From: Heterodontus francisci | Taxonomy: Eukaryota | Direction: 5' to 3' | DNA length: 64,000 nt | Assembly: GCF_036365525.1 (NCBI RefSeq) | Contig: NC_090403.1 | Location: forward strand, 26,359,461-26,423,460 | Part shown: positions 48,143 to 62,000 of the stretch, one piece after another | Position numbering within the stretch: the first letter of the stretch is position 1 | How the letters are laid out: every line of letters starts with the position of its first letter | Made by a program: the position numbers and the translations under genes | Notes under the pieces: model-generated | The model's database searches: none | Told to the model about the DNA's origin: nothing | The model's input: only the letters and a program-made list of their open reading frames with translations

Positions 48143-48724
48143 GGGCTGAATTTTCGCTTTGGAGGTGGGAAACTGAGGTCGGGGCTGTTTCATGGTCCTG
48201 AACCCACCCCTGGGTGGGGGGGGGAAGAGTCACTGACCTGGAATTTTCACAGAGGTGCCACCTTAATTGGCATGGAGACAGATTTCCTGTCCAATTAAGG
48301 ATAGCAGGTGAGCTCTCGAAGCTGGAGGGCCAATCAGAGGCCTTCCAGCTTGTGAGGAGCAGCAGGCTGCAGTAAAGTGTTAGTACCTGAGAGGGTGCTT
48401 CCACATCGACCTCTCACCAACTTTTTTAAAACTTTAAATAAAAACCAGAAAAGCAGCCAGGCCAGCACTGTGGGAGGTGGGGCGTAATCCTTCTACAAGG
48501 TGGCCTTTGGAAAATCCCAGTCGGCCTCCTTAATCCTGATTAACAAGGCTCTTAACGAGCCTAAATGCCTGCCCGCCTCGTGGAGATGAGCTGGCTTGCC
48601 GGGCCCCGAATCTATGCTGGCCAAAATGTCCGATGCCGGGAATGGGGTTGGAAAAACGGCGTGCCGACCGACCTCATAATTTTCGGGCCCCGTCCACCAC
48701 TTTTGGGGCCTCAAAAGTGAGCCC
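48143..48724. mobile_element. MITE-like GC-rich element
   Basis: Imperfect terminal inverted repeats GGGCTGAATTTT...AAAAGTGAGCCC; similar termini at 49742/54364 and 58813. Confidence 0.5.
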
Positions 48725-49069
48725 TCAGTGTTTCATTATCCTCTTGCCTCACGTTTGATGAATTTCATGAAAATGGCCTTGAAATGTAAACCAAGTAGAC
48801 CTCCTATTATTCCCAGCTGAAACCTCAATTTGGTCTGACTACAATGAATGAGCCCAGTGAGCCCTTTCATTAAACCTCTCTGAAATCTCTCTGAAAACTA
48901 CATTGATGGCAGTTTCCGGGTATGGGTTGTTAACCATCCTTACATGATTTGGCATTCTGATCATATAGTTCTTTGAATATATCCAAGTTTCATGCCCTAG
49001 GTGGCTTCTCAATTTTACTTAGGCCAGGAAATTGTCATTTCTCACAGTGACTTTGCCTCCCATTACGGG

Positions 49070-49450
49070 TTTGGAGAAATGCAATCTAATTGAAGTGTTT
49101 AAGATGATCAAAGGAGTTAATGGGGTAGAGAGAAACTATTTGCTCTGTGGGGGGGGGGGGGGTGGAGCGGGCGCGGGGGTGGTCCAGAACAAGGGGACAT
49201 AACCTTAAATTACAGATAGGCCATTCAGGGGTGATATCAGGAAGCACTGCTTGAGCCATCTCTCACAAAAAGCTGTTCAGCCCAAATCAATTGAAAAGTT
49301 CAAAATTAAGATTGATAGATTTTTGTTAGGCAATTGTATTAAGGCTTATGAAACCAAGACAGGTAGATTGAGTTAAGATACAGATCAACTATGAATGGCA
49401 AAACAGTCTCAAGGTACTGAATGGGGTACTCCATTTCCTATGTTCTAACT
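49070..49450 (+). mobile_element. CR1 3' fragment
   Basis: Degraded (G)DLIEVFK...RGHNLK-like sequence and CR1 tail. Confidence 0.6.
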
Positions 49451-49867
49451 ACTTATCGAGCTTAGAATTTATACATTGATCACACTAAACCTTCCCATCA
49501 GTTTTACTTTTTATCTTGTATATACATATTTCAACATGTTGCATAGGCTGGGGATAGCCAAGTGGCCAAGCACCACATTCCATCCACCTGTTGCTTCAGG
49601 TCCTGCAGCCATCTAGCTAACTTGCTTTCTAGTGTTATGATATATCTTTAAGGGGCATATCTAAAAACTACTTTGCATCACCAGACAGGGTGCCATGTAT
49701 ATACTCATGCAACCATCAGGCAGAAGATAGGAGAAGTCCTAGGGCTGGATTTTAAGCCACCGCTGGTACAAAAAAATGGCAGCCAACACGTATGGGTCAT
49801 GTGCCACCATGTCGTCAAAATCTTGCATGTGGCAGCTCATTTAAATACCCCGGTCGGCCCAACACCC

Positions 49868-52800
49868 CGATTACGTATGGATCGGTTGGAGCAGCAATTG
49901 GATGCACTTAGGAGCATGCAGGTGGCAGAAAGCATCATAGACAGGAGTTTTAGAGACGTGATTACACCCAAGGTGCAGGCAGATAGATGGGTGACCACTA
50001 GAAGGGGCAGGCAGTCAGTGCAGGAATCTCCTGTGGCTATCCCCCTCTCTAACAAGTATACCATTTTGGATACTGTTTGGGGGGGGATGGCCTATCAGGG
50101 GAACACAACACCAGCAGCCAGAGCACTGTTGTTCAGCAGGGAGGGGCAAAGCACAGAAGAGCAATAGTTATAGGGGACTCTATAGTCAGGGGCACAGATG
50201 GGCGCTTCTGTGGACGTGAAAGAGACTCCAGGATGGTATGTTGCCTCCCTGGTGCCAGGGTCAAGGATGTCTCTGAACAGACAGGGGGCATTCTGAAGGG
50301 GAAGGGTGAACAGCCAGAGGTTGTGGTACACATTGGTACTAACGACATAGGCAGGAAGAGTGATGAGGTCCTGCAGGGGGACTTCAGGAAGTTAGGTAGA
50401 AAGTTAAAAGACAGGACCTCTTGGGTTGTAATCTCGGGATTACTCCCTGTGGCATGTGCCAGTGAGGCTAGAAATAGGAAGATAGTGCAGCTAAACATAC
50501 GGCTAAACAGCTGGTGTAGGAGGGAGGGTTTCAGATATCTGGATCATTGGGATCTCTTCCGGGACAGGTGGGACCTGTACAAGAAGGACGGGTTGCATCT
50601 AAACTGGAGGGGCACAAATATCCTGGCTGCAAGGTTTGCTAGCGTCACTCGGGAGGGTTTAAACTAATGTGGCAGGGGAGTGAGAACCAGAGCAGTAGGT
50701 CAGCAGGTGAAATAACTGAGGGGGAACTAGTAAATAAGGCCAGTAAGACTAAGAGGAAGAGCAGGCAGGGAGATGTTGCTGAGCACAGCGGGACTGGTGG
50801 TCTGAAGTGCATTTGTTTCAATGCAAGAAGTATAACAGGTAAGGCAGATGAACTTCGAGCTTGGATTAGTACTTGGAACTATGATGTTGTTGCTATTAAA
50901 GAGACTTGGTTGAGGGAAGGACAGGATTGGCAGCTAAATGATCCGGGATTTAGAAGCTTCAGGCAGGATAGAAGGGGATGTAAAAGGGGTGGGGGAAGTT
51001 GTATTGCTGGTTAAGGAGAATATCACAGCTGTACTGCGGGAGGACACCTTGGAGGGGTCATGCAGTGAGGCAATATGGGCAGAGCTCAGGAATAGGAAGG
51101 GTGCAGTCACGATGTTGGGGATTTACTATCGGCCTCCCAACAGCCAGCGGGAGGTAGAGGAGCAGATATGTAGACAGATTTTGGAAAGATGTAAAAGCAA
51201 CAGGGTTGTAGTGGTGGGTGATTTTAATTTCCTCTATATTGACTGGGACTCACTTAGTGCTAGGGGCTTGGATGGGGCAGAATTTGTAAGGAGCATCCAG
51301 GAGGGCTTCTTGAAACAAAATGTAGATAGTCCAACCAGGGAAGGGGCCGTACTGGACCTGGTGTTGGGGAATGAGCCCGGCCAGGTGGTCGAAGTCTCAG
51401 TAGGGGAGCATTTCGGGAACAGTGACCATAATTCCGTAAGTTTTAAGGTACTTGTGGATAAGGATAAGAGTAGTACTCGGGTGAATGTGTTAATTTGGGG
51501 GAAGGCTAATTATAACAATATTAGGCAGGAACTGAAGAATTTAGATTGCGGGCGGCTGTTTGAGGATAAATCAACATCTGACATGTGGGAGTCTTTCAAA
51601 CGTCAGTTGATTAGAATCCAGGACTGGCATGTTCCTGTGAGGATGAAGGATAAGTTTGGCAAGTTTCGGGAACCTTGGATAACGAGGGATATTGTGAGCC
51701 TAGTCAAAAAAAAAAAGGAAGCATTCGTAAGGGCCAGAAGGCTGGGAACAGACGAAGCCCTTGAGGAATATAAAGAAAGTAGGAAGGAACTTAAGCAAGG
51801 AGTCAGGTGGGCTAAAAGGGGTCATGAAAAGTCATTGGCAAACAGGATTAAGGAGAATCCCAAGGCTTTTTATACGTATATAAAGAGCAAGAGGGTAGCC
51901 AGGGAAAGGGTTGGCCCACTCAAGGACAGAGGAGGGAATCTATGCGTGGAGCCAGAGGAAATGGGCGAGGTGCTAAATGAGTACTTTGCATCAGTATTCA
52001 CCAAAGAGAAGGACTTGGTGGATGATGAGTCCAGGGAAGGGAGTGTAGATAGTCTGGGTCATGTCGTTATCAAAAAGGAGGAGGTATTGGGTGTCTTGTA
52101 AAGTATTAAGGTAGATAAATCCCCAGAGTCTGATGGGATCTACCCCAGAATATTGAGGGAGGCAAGGGAGGAAATTGCTGGGGCCTTGACAGAAATCTTT
52201 GTATCCTCATTGGCTACAGGTGAGGTCCCAGAGGACTGGAGAATAGCCAACGTTGTTCCTTTGTTTAAGAAGGTTAGCAAGGATAATCCAGGAAATTATA
52301 GGCCGGTGAGCCTTAAGTCAGTGGTAGGGAAATTATTGGAGAGGATTCTTCGGGACAGGATTTACTCCCATTTGGAAACAAATGAACTTATTAGCGAGAG
52401 GCAGCATGGTTTTGTGAAGGGGAGGTCGTGTCTCACTAACTTGATTGAGTTTTTTGAGGAAGTGAAGAAGATGATTGATGAAGGAAGGGCAGTGGATGTT
52501 GTCTATATGGACTTCAGTAAAGCCTTTGACAAGATCCCTCATGGCAGACTGGTACAAAAGGTGAAGTCACACAGGATCAGAGGTGAGCTGGCAAGATGGT
52601 TACAGAACTGGCTCGGTCATAGAAGACAGAGGGTAGCAGTGGAAGGGTGCTTTTCTGAATGGAGGGATGTGACTAGTGGTGTTCCGCAGGGATCAGTGCT
52701 GGGACCTTTGCTGTTTGTAGTATATATTAATGATTTGGAGGAAAATGTAGGTGGTCTGATTAGTAAATTTGTGGACAACACAAAGGTTGGTTGAGTTGCG

Positions 52801-53675
52801 GATAGTGATGAGGATTGTCAGAGGATACATACGGTTGGAGACTTGGGCAGAGAAATGGCAGATGGAGTTTAATCCGGACAAATGTGAGGTAATGCATTTT
52901 GGAAGATCTAATACAGGTGGAAAGTATACAGTAAGTGGCAGAACCCTTAGGAGTATTGACAGGCAGAGAGATCTGGGCGTACAGGTTCACAGGTCACTGA
53001 AAGTAGCAACGCAGGTGGATAAGGTAGTCAAGAAGGCATGCGGCATGCTTGCCTTTATCAGTCGGGGCATAGAGTACAAAAAGTGGCAAGTCATGCTGCA
53101 GCTGTACAGAACTTTAGTTAGGCCGCACTTAGAATATTGCATGCAATTCTGGTTGCCACACTACCAGAAGGACGTGGAGGCTTTGGAGAGGGTACAGAGG
53201 AGGTTTACCAGGATGTTGCCTGGTCTGGAGGGCATTAGCTATGAGGTGAGGTTGGATAAACTCGGATTGTTTTCACTGGAACAACGGAGGTGGAGGGGCG
53301 ACATGATAGAGGTTTACAAAGTAATGAGTGGCATGGACAGAGTGGATCGTCAGAAGTTTTTTCCCAGGGTGCAAGAGTCAGTTACTAGGGGATATAGGTT
53401 TAAGGTGAGAGGGGCAAAGTTTAGAGGGGATGTGCAAGGCAGGTTCTTTACACAGAGGGTGGTGAGTGCCTGGAACTTGCTGCCTGGGGAGCTGGTGGAA
53501 GCAGATACGATAGCGACGTTTAAGAGGCATCTTGACAATATATGAATAGGAAGGGAATAGAGGGATACGGTCCCCGGAAGTGCAGAAGGTTTTAGTTTCG
53601 ACAGGCATCAAGTTCGGCGCAGGCTTGGAGGGCCGAATGGCCTGTTTCTGTGCTGTACTGTTCTTTGTTCTTTGT
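49868..53675 (+). mobile_element. CR1 LINE with ORF1 esterase (SGNH/GDSL) domain and disrupted ORF2
   Basis: ORF 50077-50667 has IVIGDS, HIGTND and DGLHLN. ORF2 (50667-53545) EN+RT is broken by frameshifts and stops. (TTCTTTG)n tail. Confidence 0.95.
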
Positions 53676-54369
53676 ACATGGAGGGGGCAGGCTCTCCTAT
53701 GCCAGCAATGGCATCAGCTGCTTGTGTGCAGGCACTGGCATCATTTTAAGGGTAGCCAGCCCAGCCGGTAAATTTAAATTTTTCAAGGCAACCTCCTCCC
53801 ACACTGTTCAAATCAAAATTCTATCGTCCCTTTCCCACCCCGCCAATAACAATAAAATTAAGTTTCTGCGCTTTCCATCCCCAAAACACTTATCTTTCAA
53901 ATATGACCTATTGCCCCTATGACCCCCACCCCACCACCACCCCACCAAACCGAACAAAGTTTACAGATCACCCCTTCCCATCATCCCCTAAACTAATGAC
54001 AAAGCTTTGACCCCCATTTCCCCCCCACTCAACACTAAAAATCTCTCGCTCCGCCCTTCTCCACCACTGCTTTCCCCAGATGGGAAAATGAAGGCACGGG
54101 AGTGCCACATCAGCTCTGAAGATTGCGGCCCGACCGTTAGATTGCAGGTAAGTGTATTTAAATGTATGCATTTAGTTAATTACTATATGTTAATGCAGGT
54201 CCTGTTGCACAACAGCAGGGGTGGGGGTGGGCCGCCACGGAGCCTCTCTGCCGCCGGGAAGATCGTGTCTGGCCCTCGGGCTCAGTGGCGGGCCATTGCC
54301 AGAACAATCTTCCGGCCCCCCTGCCATGGAGTCTGACACCAGGAGCTCTGTAAAATCCCAGTCCGAGAG

Positions 54370-57300
54370 TCCAGGTGTGTTAAATAGCCTCCCAAATATT
54401 GCTGTATATGGTTTCATTGCTTCAAATAAAGAACCCACCTACTTGATTTACCAATCTTCTTTGTTGGTGTGTTTGTTTAAAGTAGAAAACACAATATGGT
54501 GACAGATGGTGGTGTTTGAAGATTTGAATTGAAGATTTTGCAGAACCCACAACATTGAACCCCTCCACATGCAACAGAATTCCAGTGTGCGGAAGTCTGA
54601 AGACCTAACAAGTACATCCGCAGTATTTACAGCAGTGTTGAAGTCTCTGAGTGAGTGATTCTGCAACAGCGTAGGTATCCATTACACAGCAGATTCATGT
54701 GGTCGGGACACCACATCCTGCTTCAACAGGCAAGCATTCAGTCCCAGTAAAACAACTGTAAATCGGGGGAGCCTAAGTCTGAGTCCAACATTTGCAACAG
54801 TTTGTGCAGGAACAATTGTCAGAGACTCCACTTGGTGTCTCCATAAACGGGAGCAACTACTTCTGCCGTGAGCCACCAGATTGGGAGTACCAGGGAGGGC
54901 GTGGAGGCGACCAAATGATCACTTCGGAGCCAGGTAAAAGAATCCATTGAGCAGCAGCCTCTAACAGCTTTAAGAAGGCTGAAAAAGCCATTAAACAATT
55001 TCTTTAGGCGTAGGGGCATGTTTGCGCCAAAACACAGTGACATGGGTGGGGGCCTAACAAAAACATAGGACAGCAGCAACAGTGCCATCAATCCTAAATC
55101 CAATCACAGGGTGCGGCCATAAAGAACTGCAAACCATTGCAGCCACAGAATATAATCCCTGAAGAACTGTGCAAGCCTGATTATTTGTTCCTGCCACAGA
55201 TATCACTGAAACTCCTGCAAATACCAACAGGATGATTACAAAATTCCCGTTGCTGAATTGGAAATCAGTGGATGTCCTCAAGGAATTCATTTTGTTCTGG
55301 ATGGAACTATGTTTTCTGGAAGTGGCTGTCTCTGAACCAGACAGAGCATCAAGAATCACCATAGGAAATGTAAGTCTCCACAGACTGAATGCATCAGGAC
55401 TGTCGGAAGATGACCTCAAAGACCCAAGCAAAATATAGTCTACACTTGAAGACCAGTTAAGAGTTAAGCTTCATTTCTGCATACACTGTCTTGAATTTAT
55501 GGAATTTATGTCTTTCAGACAGCAGCCCAAGGAGATGATAGATTAGTTTGTGAGTCGCTGCAGAGGTAAGGGGAGTGATTGTGACTTTTCAGAGGCAGAA
55601 CTGGCTGATAGAGTCTTCGAGGTTGTGAGACCTTCTACCCCTATCAAAGCATATCAAAAGCATCATTTGGACCAACCCAAAGGTTACAGCGTGGAAGTAT
55701 TGGACGCAAGTATGAAGCAATCCTTATGAGTGGACAGAGTTTACATGCTCTGTGCACTATGTCCACCATTGGCATGGTAGCCAATTCAAACAAACCTGGT
55801 AAGCCATGCAAACGGAGTGATCTCATACATGCACCCAGAAATTGTTTAGCTTTCCATGACATATGCAAGGCGTGCGGCGCCACAGGACAGTAGAAGCGCC
55901 AATGGAGGGAGCCAAAGCCAGAACAGGGGGCTCAACACCATGACAAGACACAGTCGGATGCAAGACTGGTACAGCATTCCAGTACTAAATACCACAAACA
56001 GCAAAATGACCAACTAGACTGCAAGGTTGGATGATGAGGATGACCACAGCATTAACACACAGTGAGCAGGCATTCCATATAGTCAACATCACAGAAAGTG
56101 TTGACTCTGTCGTACCATCCGAAGCCTTTGCCACTATTCACATTATAAGACCACAGAATCCTGGGAAATACACACTGTGGACAAAAATTGATACAGGTGT
56201 GAATGCATACTGCAAAGCATGTATCCACGGAAGTGGAAAGTGATAGCTCAGCCAAGCTCACAGCCTACAATGGCTCAGAGATTCTGTTCCTGCAATCCAT
56301 CACACTTGAATGTCGCTACAACAACTCACCGTAGTCATCTGAGATATTCTATATTGTGGACACCACAGGTCCAGTGATTGCAGGCCTACTGACGTGCAGA
56401 GACCTGACCATGGTTACCATTCATAGCATCGATATGACAACAGACCACAAGGATAACTCTATTACCTACGTAGCTGACCTAACGTTGTTATACCCAGATA
56501 GGTTTGACAGGATTGGAAGTTTCAAAGGTGATGCAGTATTGCATGTGCGTGCAGATGCCATTCCATCCATCGATCCTCCGTGTAAGTGTAGCATCTATAT
56601 CCAGAGTAATCTGATAATAGAACTGGATAAGATGGAGAGAGATGGCATAATCTGTGAAGTCCAGCACCACACTGATTGGTGTAGTTCCATCACATGCGTT
56701 GTCAAAAAAGATGGCTCTATGCAAGTTTGTTTAAACCCAGGTGTCTGAATGCAGTACTGAAACGTTGTTCACATAAAGTTCCCACTCGTCAGGAACTAAA
56801 CCCCAAGTTTGCAAACACTAAATTTTTCTCCAAACTTAACGCTAAAAGTGGATACTGGTCGGAACATTTTTAAAAGACCGCTCGGGCGCTAACGACATTC
56901 TGCACTCTGTTTGGGAGATACAGTTTCCAACGATTACCATTTTAGCCTTGCAAAAGCCAAGAAATTTTCTGACTCCACATGGACCATATCACGTGTGAAA
57001 TTCCAGGATGCATCTGTCTAGCAGATGACATTGCTGTTGTTGGCCAAACAAAACAGGACCATGATCGAAATTTGCAGCTCCCAATGGAAGCAGCAGGTTG
57101 AGAGGGACTGGTATCCAATAGCCAAAAAATATAACACTAATGTCCAACAGATCAACTTTTTCAGGTCAATATATTCAGCTGCTGGCATCTGTCCTGATCC
57201 CAAAAAATTGGAGGACATTAGTGCATTGCTCAACCCGTAGGATAAAAGTGATTTTCAACATTGCTTAGGTTTATTCAATTTTCTTTCACTATATGTATCA

Positions 57301-59045
57301 AATTTTGCACAGAAAGCTTTGTCTCTTCAAGAACTACTGAAAACGTACTGTTTTTCTGACAGGAGGATCATCAACACATGTCTGATGAGCTCATGAAGTC
57401 ATTGACCAAAGGACCATCAACACTTCAATTCTGCAACCCAGCAGAGGAAACTACACTAGAGGTTGATGTGTCACAAAAAGGCCTTGGAGCATGCATCCTA
57501 CAAAAAGGGAAGCCAATCGCTTTTGCTTCCAAGAGTCTATCAACAACCCAAGCTAACTTTTCAAATATTGAACGGGAAACCTTAGCCTTGGTTTTTGGAA
57601 TCCAACCTTTCCACACATATCTATATTGAAACGAGTTTATTGTGGAAATAGACTACAAACCACTCGAAATGATCTGGCATAAACCGTTAACTAGTGCACC
57701 ACCCAAATTATAGTGCTTGTCAAAATACAAGGCTACAACTGTGATATACATGACAAGCCAGGTAGTTCCATTGTCACATCCAATACTTTAAGATGTTTAC
57801 CTAACCCATCTAAAACTGTAGATATTTCTTAGATCTGCAAGTATATCTCATTGATACTGAAACAGAAGAGGTCATATATCAACCTCATGAGTTTCGGGCA
57901 GTATAGAGATGAGCTTGAGATATCCCACGATGTTATCTTCAAGGGCAAGTAAGTCCTTATTCCAGAATCCCTTAGAACTGACATCCGACAGCAATTGCAC
58001 CAAGAGCATATGGGGACAGATCGAACCAGAAATCTGTCTAGAGAAACAGGATACTGGCCAGGGATGAATCTAAATATTGAAACAGCCATGAGGAAATGTG
58101 AGGCATGCCAAGCCTATATGCCCAGTCACTACAAAGAACCATTATTACCTCACAACCTGCACATCCATGGACCAGAATTGCAATTGATATCTTCAGCATT
58201 TGTGGAGATAATTTCTTCGCTGTGACCATTTCTTGAAATTTCCCATTATTCATCAATTAAACGACAAATCGAGCACAGGTGGGGCCTTCATTTCAATATT
58301 AAAATTAAGTTAAAAAGATGCAAATAAACTCACCTTGTCCCGGCGGCCATCTCACACTGATATTCTGGCCACTGGCTAGAACTCCCACGCCTTTGGAACT
58401 CCGTTTGGAGTTTTGAGGTGTGACACTGGTAGGAAGGGGGTGAAATTATCAGGGCAGGGGGGTGTGGCAGTGAAAACACTTTGTATTGGCTGTGGGGCTG
58501 GTGGGAAGGGGTTAGAAGGCAAAGATAATGAGGTTGGGGGGAAAGCTTCCAGCTTTTATTTAAATTTTTAAATCACATTCACAATATTCACAATAATATC
58601 CCTTTAAACATTCAAATCTCACTGAAGGCTTGAAGCCCTTTAAAAATAGCACCGGATGCCATTACGTGGCTGCCCCCTCTACATCATCGGGAATGGCCAC
58701 TCCACCTCCTCCATTTAAATGAGCCCCTGCATCAGTGGTGGCGCATCGCGCCTTAAGACCACCAAGATGAGAGCATGCCATTGCGATTTGTGGCATGCTC
58801 AAAAATTCAGCCCACTGTGTTCAATCTTTAGCCTATTTGGGGCACTGCAAGAAGTTGTTTCAAACAACAGACCCCAATATACTGGAAAACCATTCAAGGC
58901 AATGTGTGAGAAGTGGGGAGTTGACCATACTACTTCATCAGCACACTATCCCAGGTTCAATGTCATGTGGAATATATGGTACATACCATAAAGTCTTTAA
59001 TCATTAAATGTTGGCAAACCTGCACGTCACAATGTTATACCTTCG
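54370..59045 (+). mobile_element. Decayed Ty3/Gypsy LTR retrotransposon
   Basis: LTR-end/PBS-like ...CACAATA-TGGTGACAG ~54497; protease KIDTG; RT ADDI; RNase H DVSQKGLGACILQKGKPIAFASKSL; integrase LHQEHMG..YWPGMN..CEACQ. Order PR-RT-RH-INT. MITE-like insert at 58281-58813. Confidence 0.88.
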
Positions 59046-62000
59046 TGTCATGCTGACCCTCACCTGCCACGAATGAGGCATATTAATTTTGTCATATGAA
59101 CATTGATTTTAAACTGTTGCTGGAGTGAAGAAATGTCTTGTTTGAAGATCCGATACTGGGTTGGGAGGACATTTGCATTGTAAGAGACACTCCTTGTGGA
59201 GACAAAGGACTATTCCCTGCTCCAATTAACTCAAATGGACTTTGATCACCAGACATTGAAGGTGTAAGGAAGTGCATTCCAGAGACTGCTAAGGTAATAC
59301 AATCTACAAACCTCACAGGAGAGACTGTTCCAAATAAGGAGCTAGTCACATGACTAACCTGTTGGGCAATCTGGGGTTTTTTGAAAATGCCACACAGAAA
59401 GGAACAGAAGATTGTTCGCAACTGAAGCGGGAACAAGCAAGTCTCTCGCCTGGCTGTCTCTCTCTCTTGCTTTCTCCCAAGCTACCGGACCCACAGAAGA
59501 CAAGTAAACCTCAAGAGAGAAAAGACTCCTACATCAAAACAAGTTGAAGCGTGAACTGGGCCCCAACCGACAGGGTATTGCGAGCAAAGCGATAATTGGA
59601 ATAGAGAAAACTTGAATTAGAGGAGAAAGAAAGAGAGAGACAGGAGTGAGAGAAAGAAAGAGCCTTCCAGAAGGAATGTGAAGAAAAAGAGAGAGGGGAG
59701 GGAGAGAAAGCAAGAGAGGAGAAAAAGAAAGACCCTTCCAGAAAAAATGCGAAGAGAGACAGCTGAAGTGGCTTGAGTTAACTAAGGAACGACAGAGTAA
59801 CCCCAGTTAAAGCATGGCCAATATGGAGGAGCGTAATTCAGGGCTGGGTAAGGAATTGTTAAAACTCTTCCAACCGATCCCAAAATTCAGTGATGGAGAC
59901 GTGGAAGCATTTTTTGTGCCTTTTGACAAAAAAGTGGCCAGCTGAGGCTTGGACTCTGTTGTTACAGTGAAAATTAGTAGGAAAAGCCCATGAGGTTTAT
60001 TCCATGTTGCCAGATGAGAGTTCATCAGATTATGAACTGACAAAAAATGCTATCCTCGGGGCATATGAGTTAGTAATGGAAGCCTATCGCCAAAAATTTG
60101 GAACCCTCAAGAAGCAAGCGAATCAAACTTACCTCGAGTTTGAGAGAAATAAGCAGCTGGCTTTTGACCAGTGGCTGAGGGCTCTTAAAGTATAGCTCAG
60201 CTATGAAAATCTCAGAGAAGTAATTTTGTTAGATGAATTTAAAAACTCTCTCCGGCTCTCCATAAAGACTCATGTGGAGGAACAAAAGGCTCATAAAGCC
60301 CGGCAGGCAACAGTCCTGGCCAATGAATTTGCTGTCATTCATAAGTCAGTTTCCCAGGGGAAAACCTTTCTGAATCACCTCCTCAAATTCCAAAAAGGAC
60401 AGAGGGTGGGAAGGTGATAGAAGCCCAAACAGTCCTGGGAGGAAAGGAAAAGCAGGTGACACAGGAGCCCCTCCTGTAGCCAAAAAAGGTGCTGTGAGTA
60501 GGAGTGAGACCCGAAGACCTGTGTGCTTCTATTGTAATAAAGCAGGGCACTTAAGAGCTGACTGCTAGAAACTAAAGGGAAAGCCTAAGGGTTAATCAGG
60601 GCACACCCGCTCAGTGAAGAAGGAACCCTGATGGAAAGCACAGCAGAACAAGCTGTGACTTTAGCTGCAGTAAGGGTGAGACCCAGGAAGTTTACCGCTA
60701 CAATTGCAGGAAAATTTAATAGGATTCCTCAGGGTTATCAGGGTTTTGTGTCTGAAGGGAGAGTAACCCCATACCCCTCGAGCGGGGCAAGCAAGCCAAT
60801 AGTAATCCTCAGGGACACAGGGGCCACTAGATCCCTTTAACTGGGAAAAGGCATGACTTTTCCCCCAGAGAGTGCCGTAAACTCCAGAATGGTGGTGAAT
60901 GGTATTGGAGGGCAACGTATGTCTGTACCTTTACACCGGGTGCACTTGGAGTGTGACCTAGTTTCGGGACCGGTAACCGTAGGGGATTGTCCCTTGTTTG
61001 CCTGTGAACGGGGCTGACCTGCTCCTAGGTAATGATCTGGCGGGGACGAAGGTGGTAGCTTCCCCAGTAGCGAAAGAGAGACCGCAGGATGTCAGAGAGA
61101 CAGGGCCGTGGCAGGAGACAGACCCCTGCAGTTTCGCTGAATGTGTAATGAATGAGGCCATGATCAAACCAGCTCCCCCAGAGGAGACTGAATTGGCACT
61201 GCAGGCAGATGGCCATGAGGTCTGTCTGTCTGAGACATTCTTTGGAAAGTTAGAAGACCCAGGGAATGAATGAAATGAATTTTTCCTAGCTGAGGCTCAG
61301 CAAGCTGACCCAGTATTGAAAGAGTTAGCACAGGCTGCCCAGTCTGAAATTGAAGCAGAGGGAGTCCCTGATTGCTAGAAGTGGAGTTTTCCTCACAGAC
61401 CTGAGAGCAAGGAGTAGACAGTGATTCACCAGTTAGTGCGCTGCCAAGGTACCGGAGAGAAATAGTAAGAATGGCTCATGAGACTACAGTGGCTGCACAT
61501 GTCAGTATACGATAAACCAAAGCCCGCAGAAGATAGCAGTTTGACTGGCCAAAACTCCACAAAGGTGTGGTGGAGTACTGTAGGAGTTGCCACATGTGCC
61601 AGGTTGAGGCAAAACCCCAACCTACAGTGAAATCTGCACCCCTAAGTCCTGTATCGATGGTTGGAGGACCCTCCAGCACAGGGCTGGCGAACTGTAAAGA
61701 ACCCCTGCCGAGAACAAAAGGGGACAGGTAGGCACAAGGTTGGCAACAGGTTAGAAAGGAATGGGGTAAAAGGGATCAGTTAAAGGAACTCCAGGAAGAA
61801 TCCCGGATGAAAACCCCTACTGTTCGGTCAGCCAACCCCGAAATATTTGAAAAGTTAGACCCCATATCCTCCTATGTAAAAGCAGACAGTAGAAGCACCC
61901 CACCAAAGTTGCTAACAGCATTTACAGGAACCTGCAGAGAAAAAGGACGTTCTCAAGAGGGCAGAGGAGCCGTGAGGGTGATGTCTCCCCTAGTAAAAGT

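Noticed and set aside
50077-50667. GDSL/SGNH esterase as a captured host enzyme
   Set aside because: An esterase domain in ORF1 is an established feature of CR1-clade LINEs, and it abuts ORF2.
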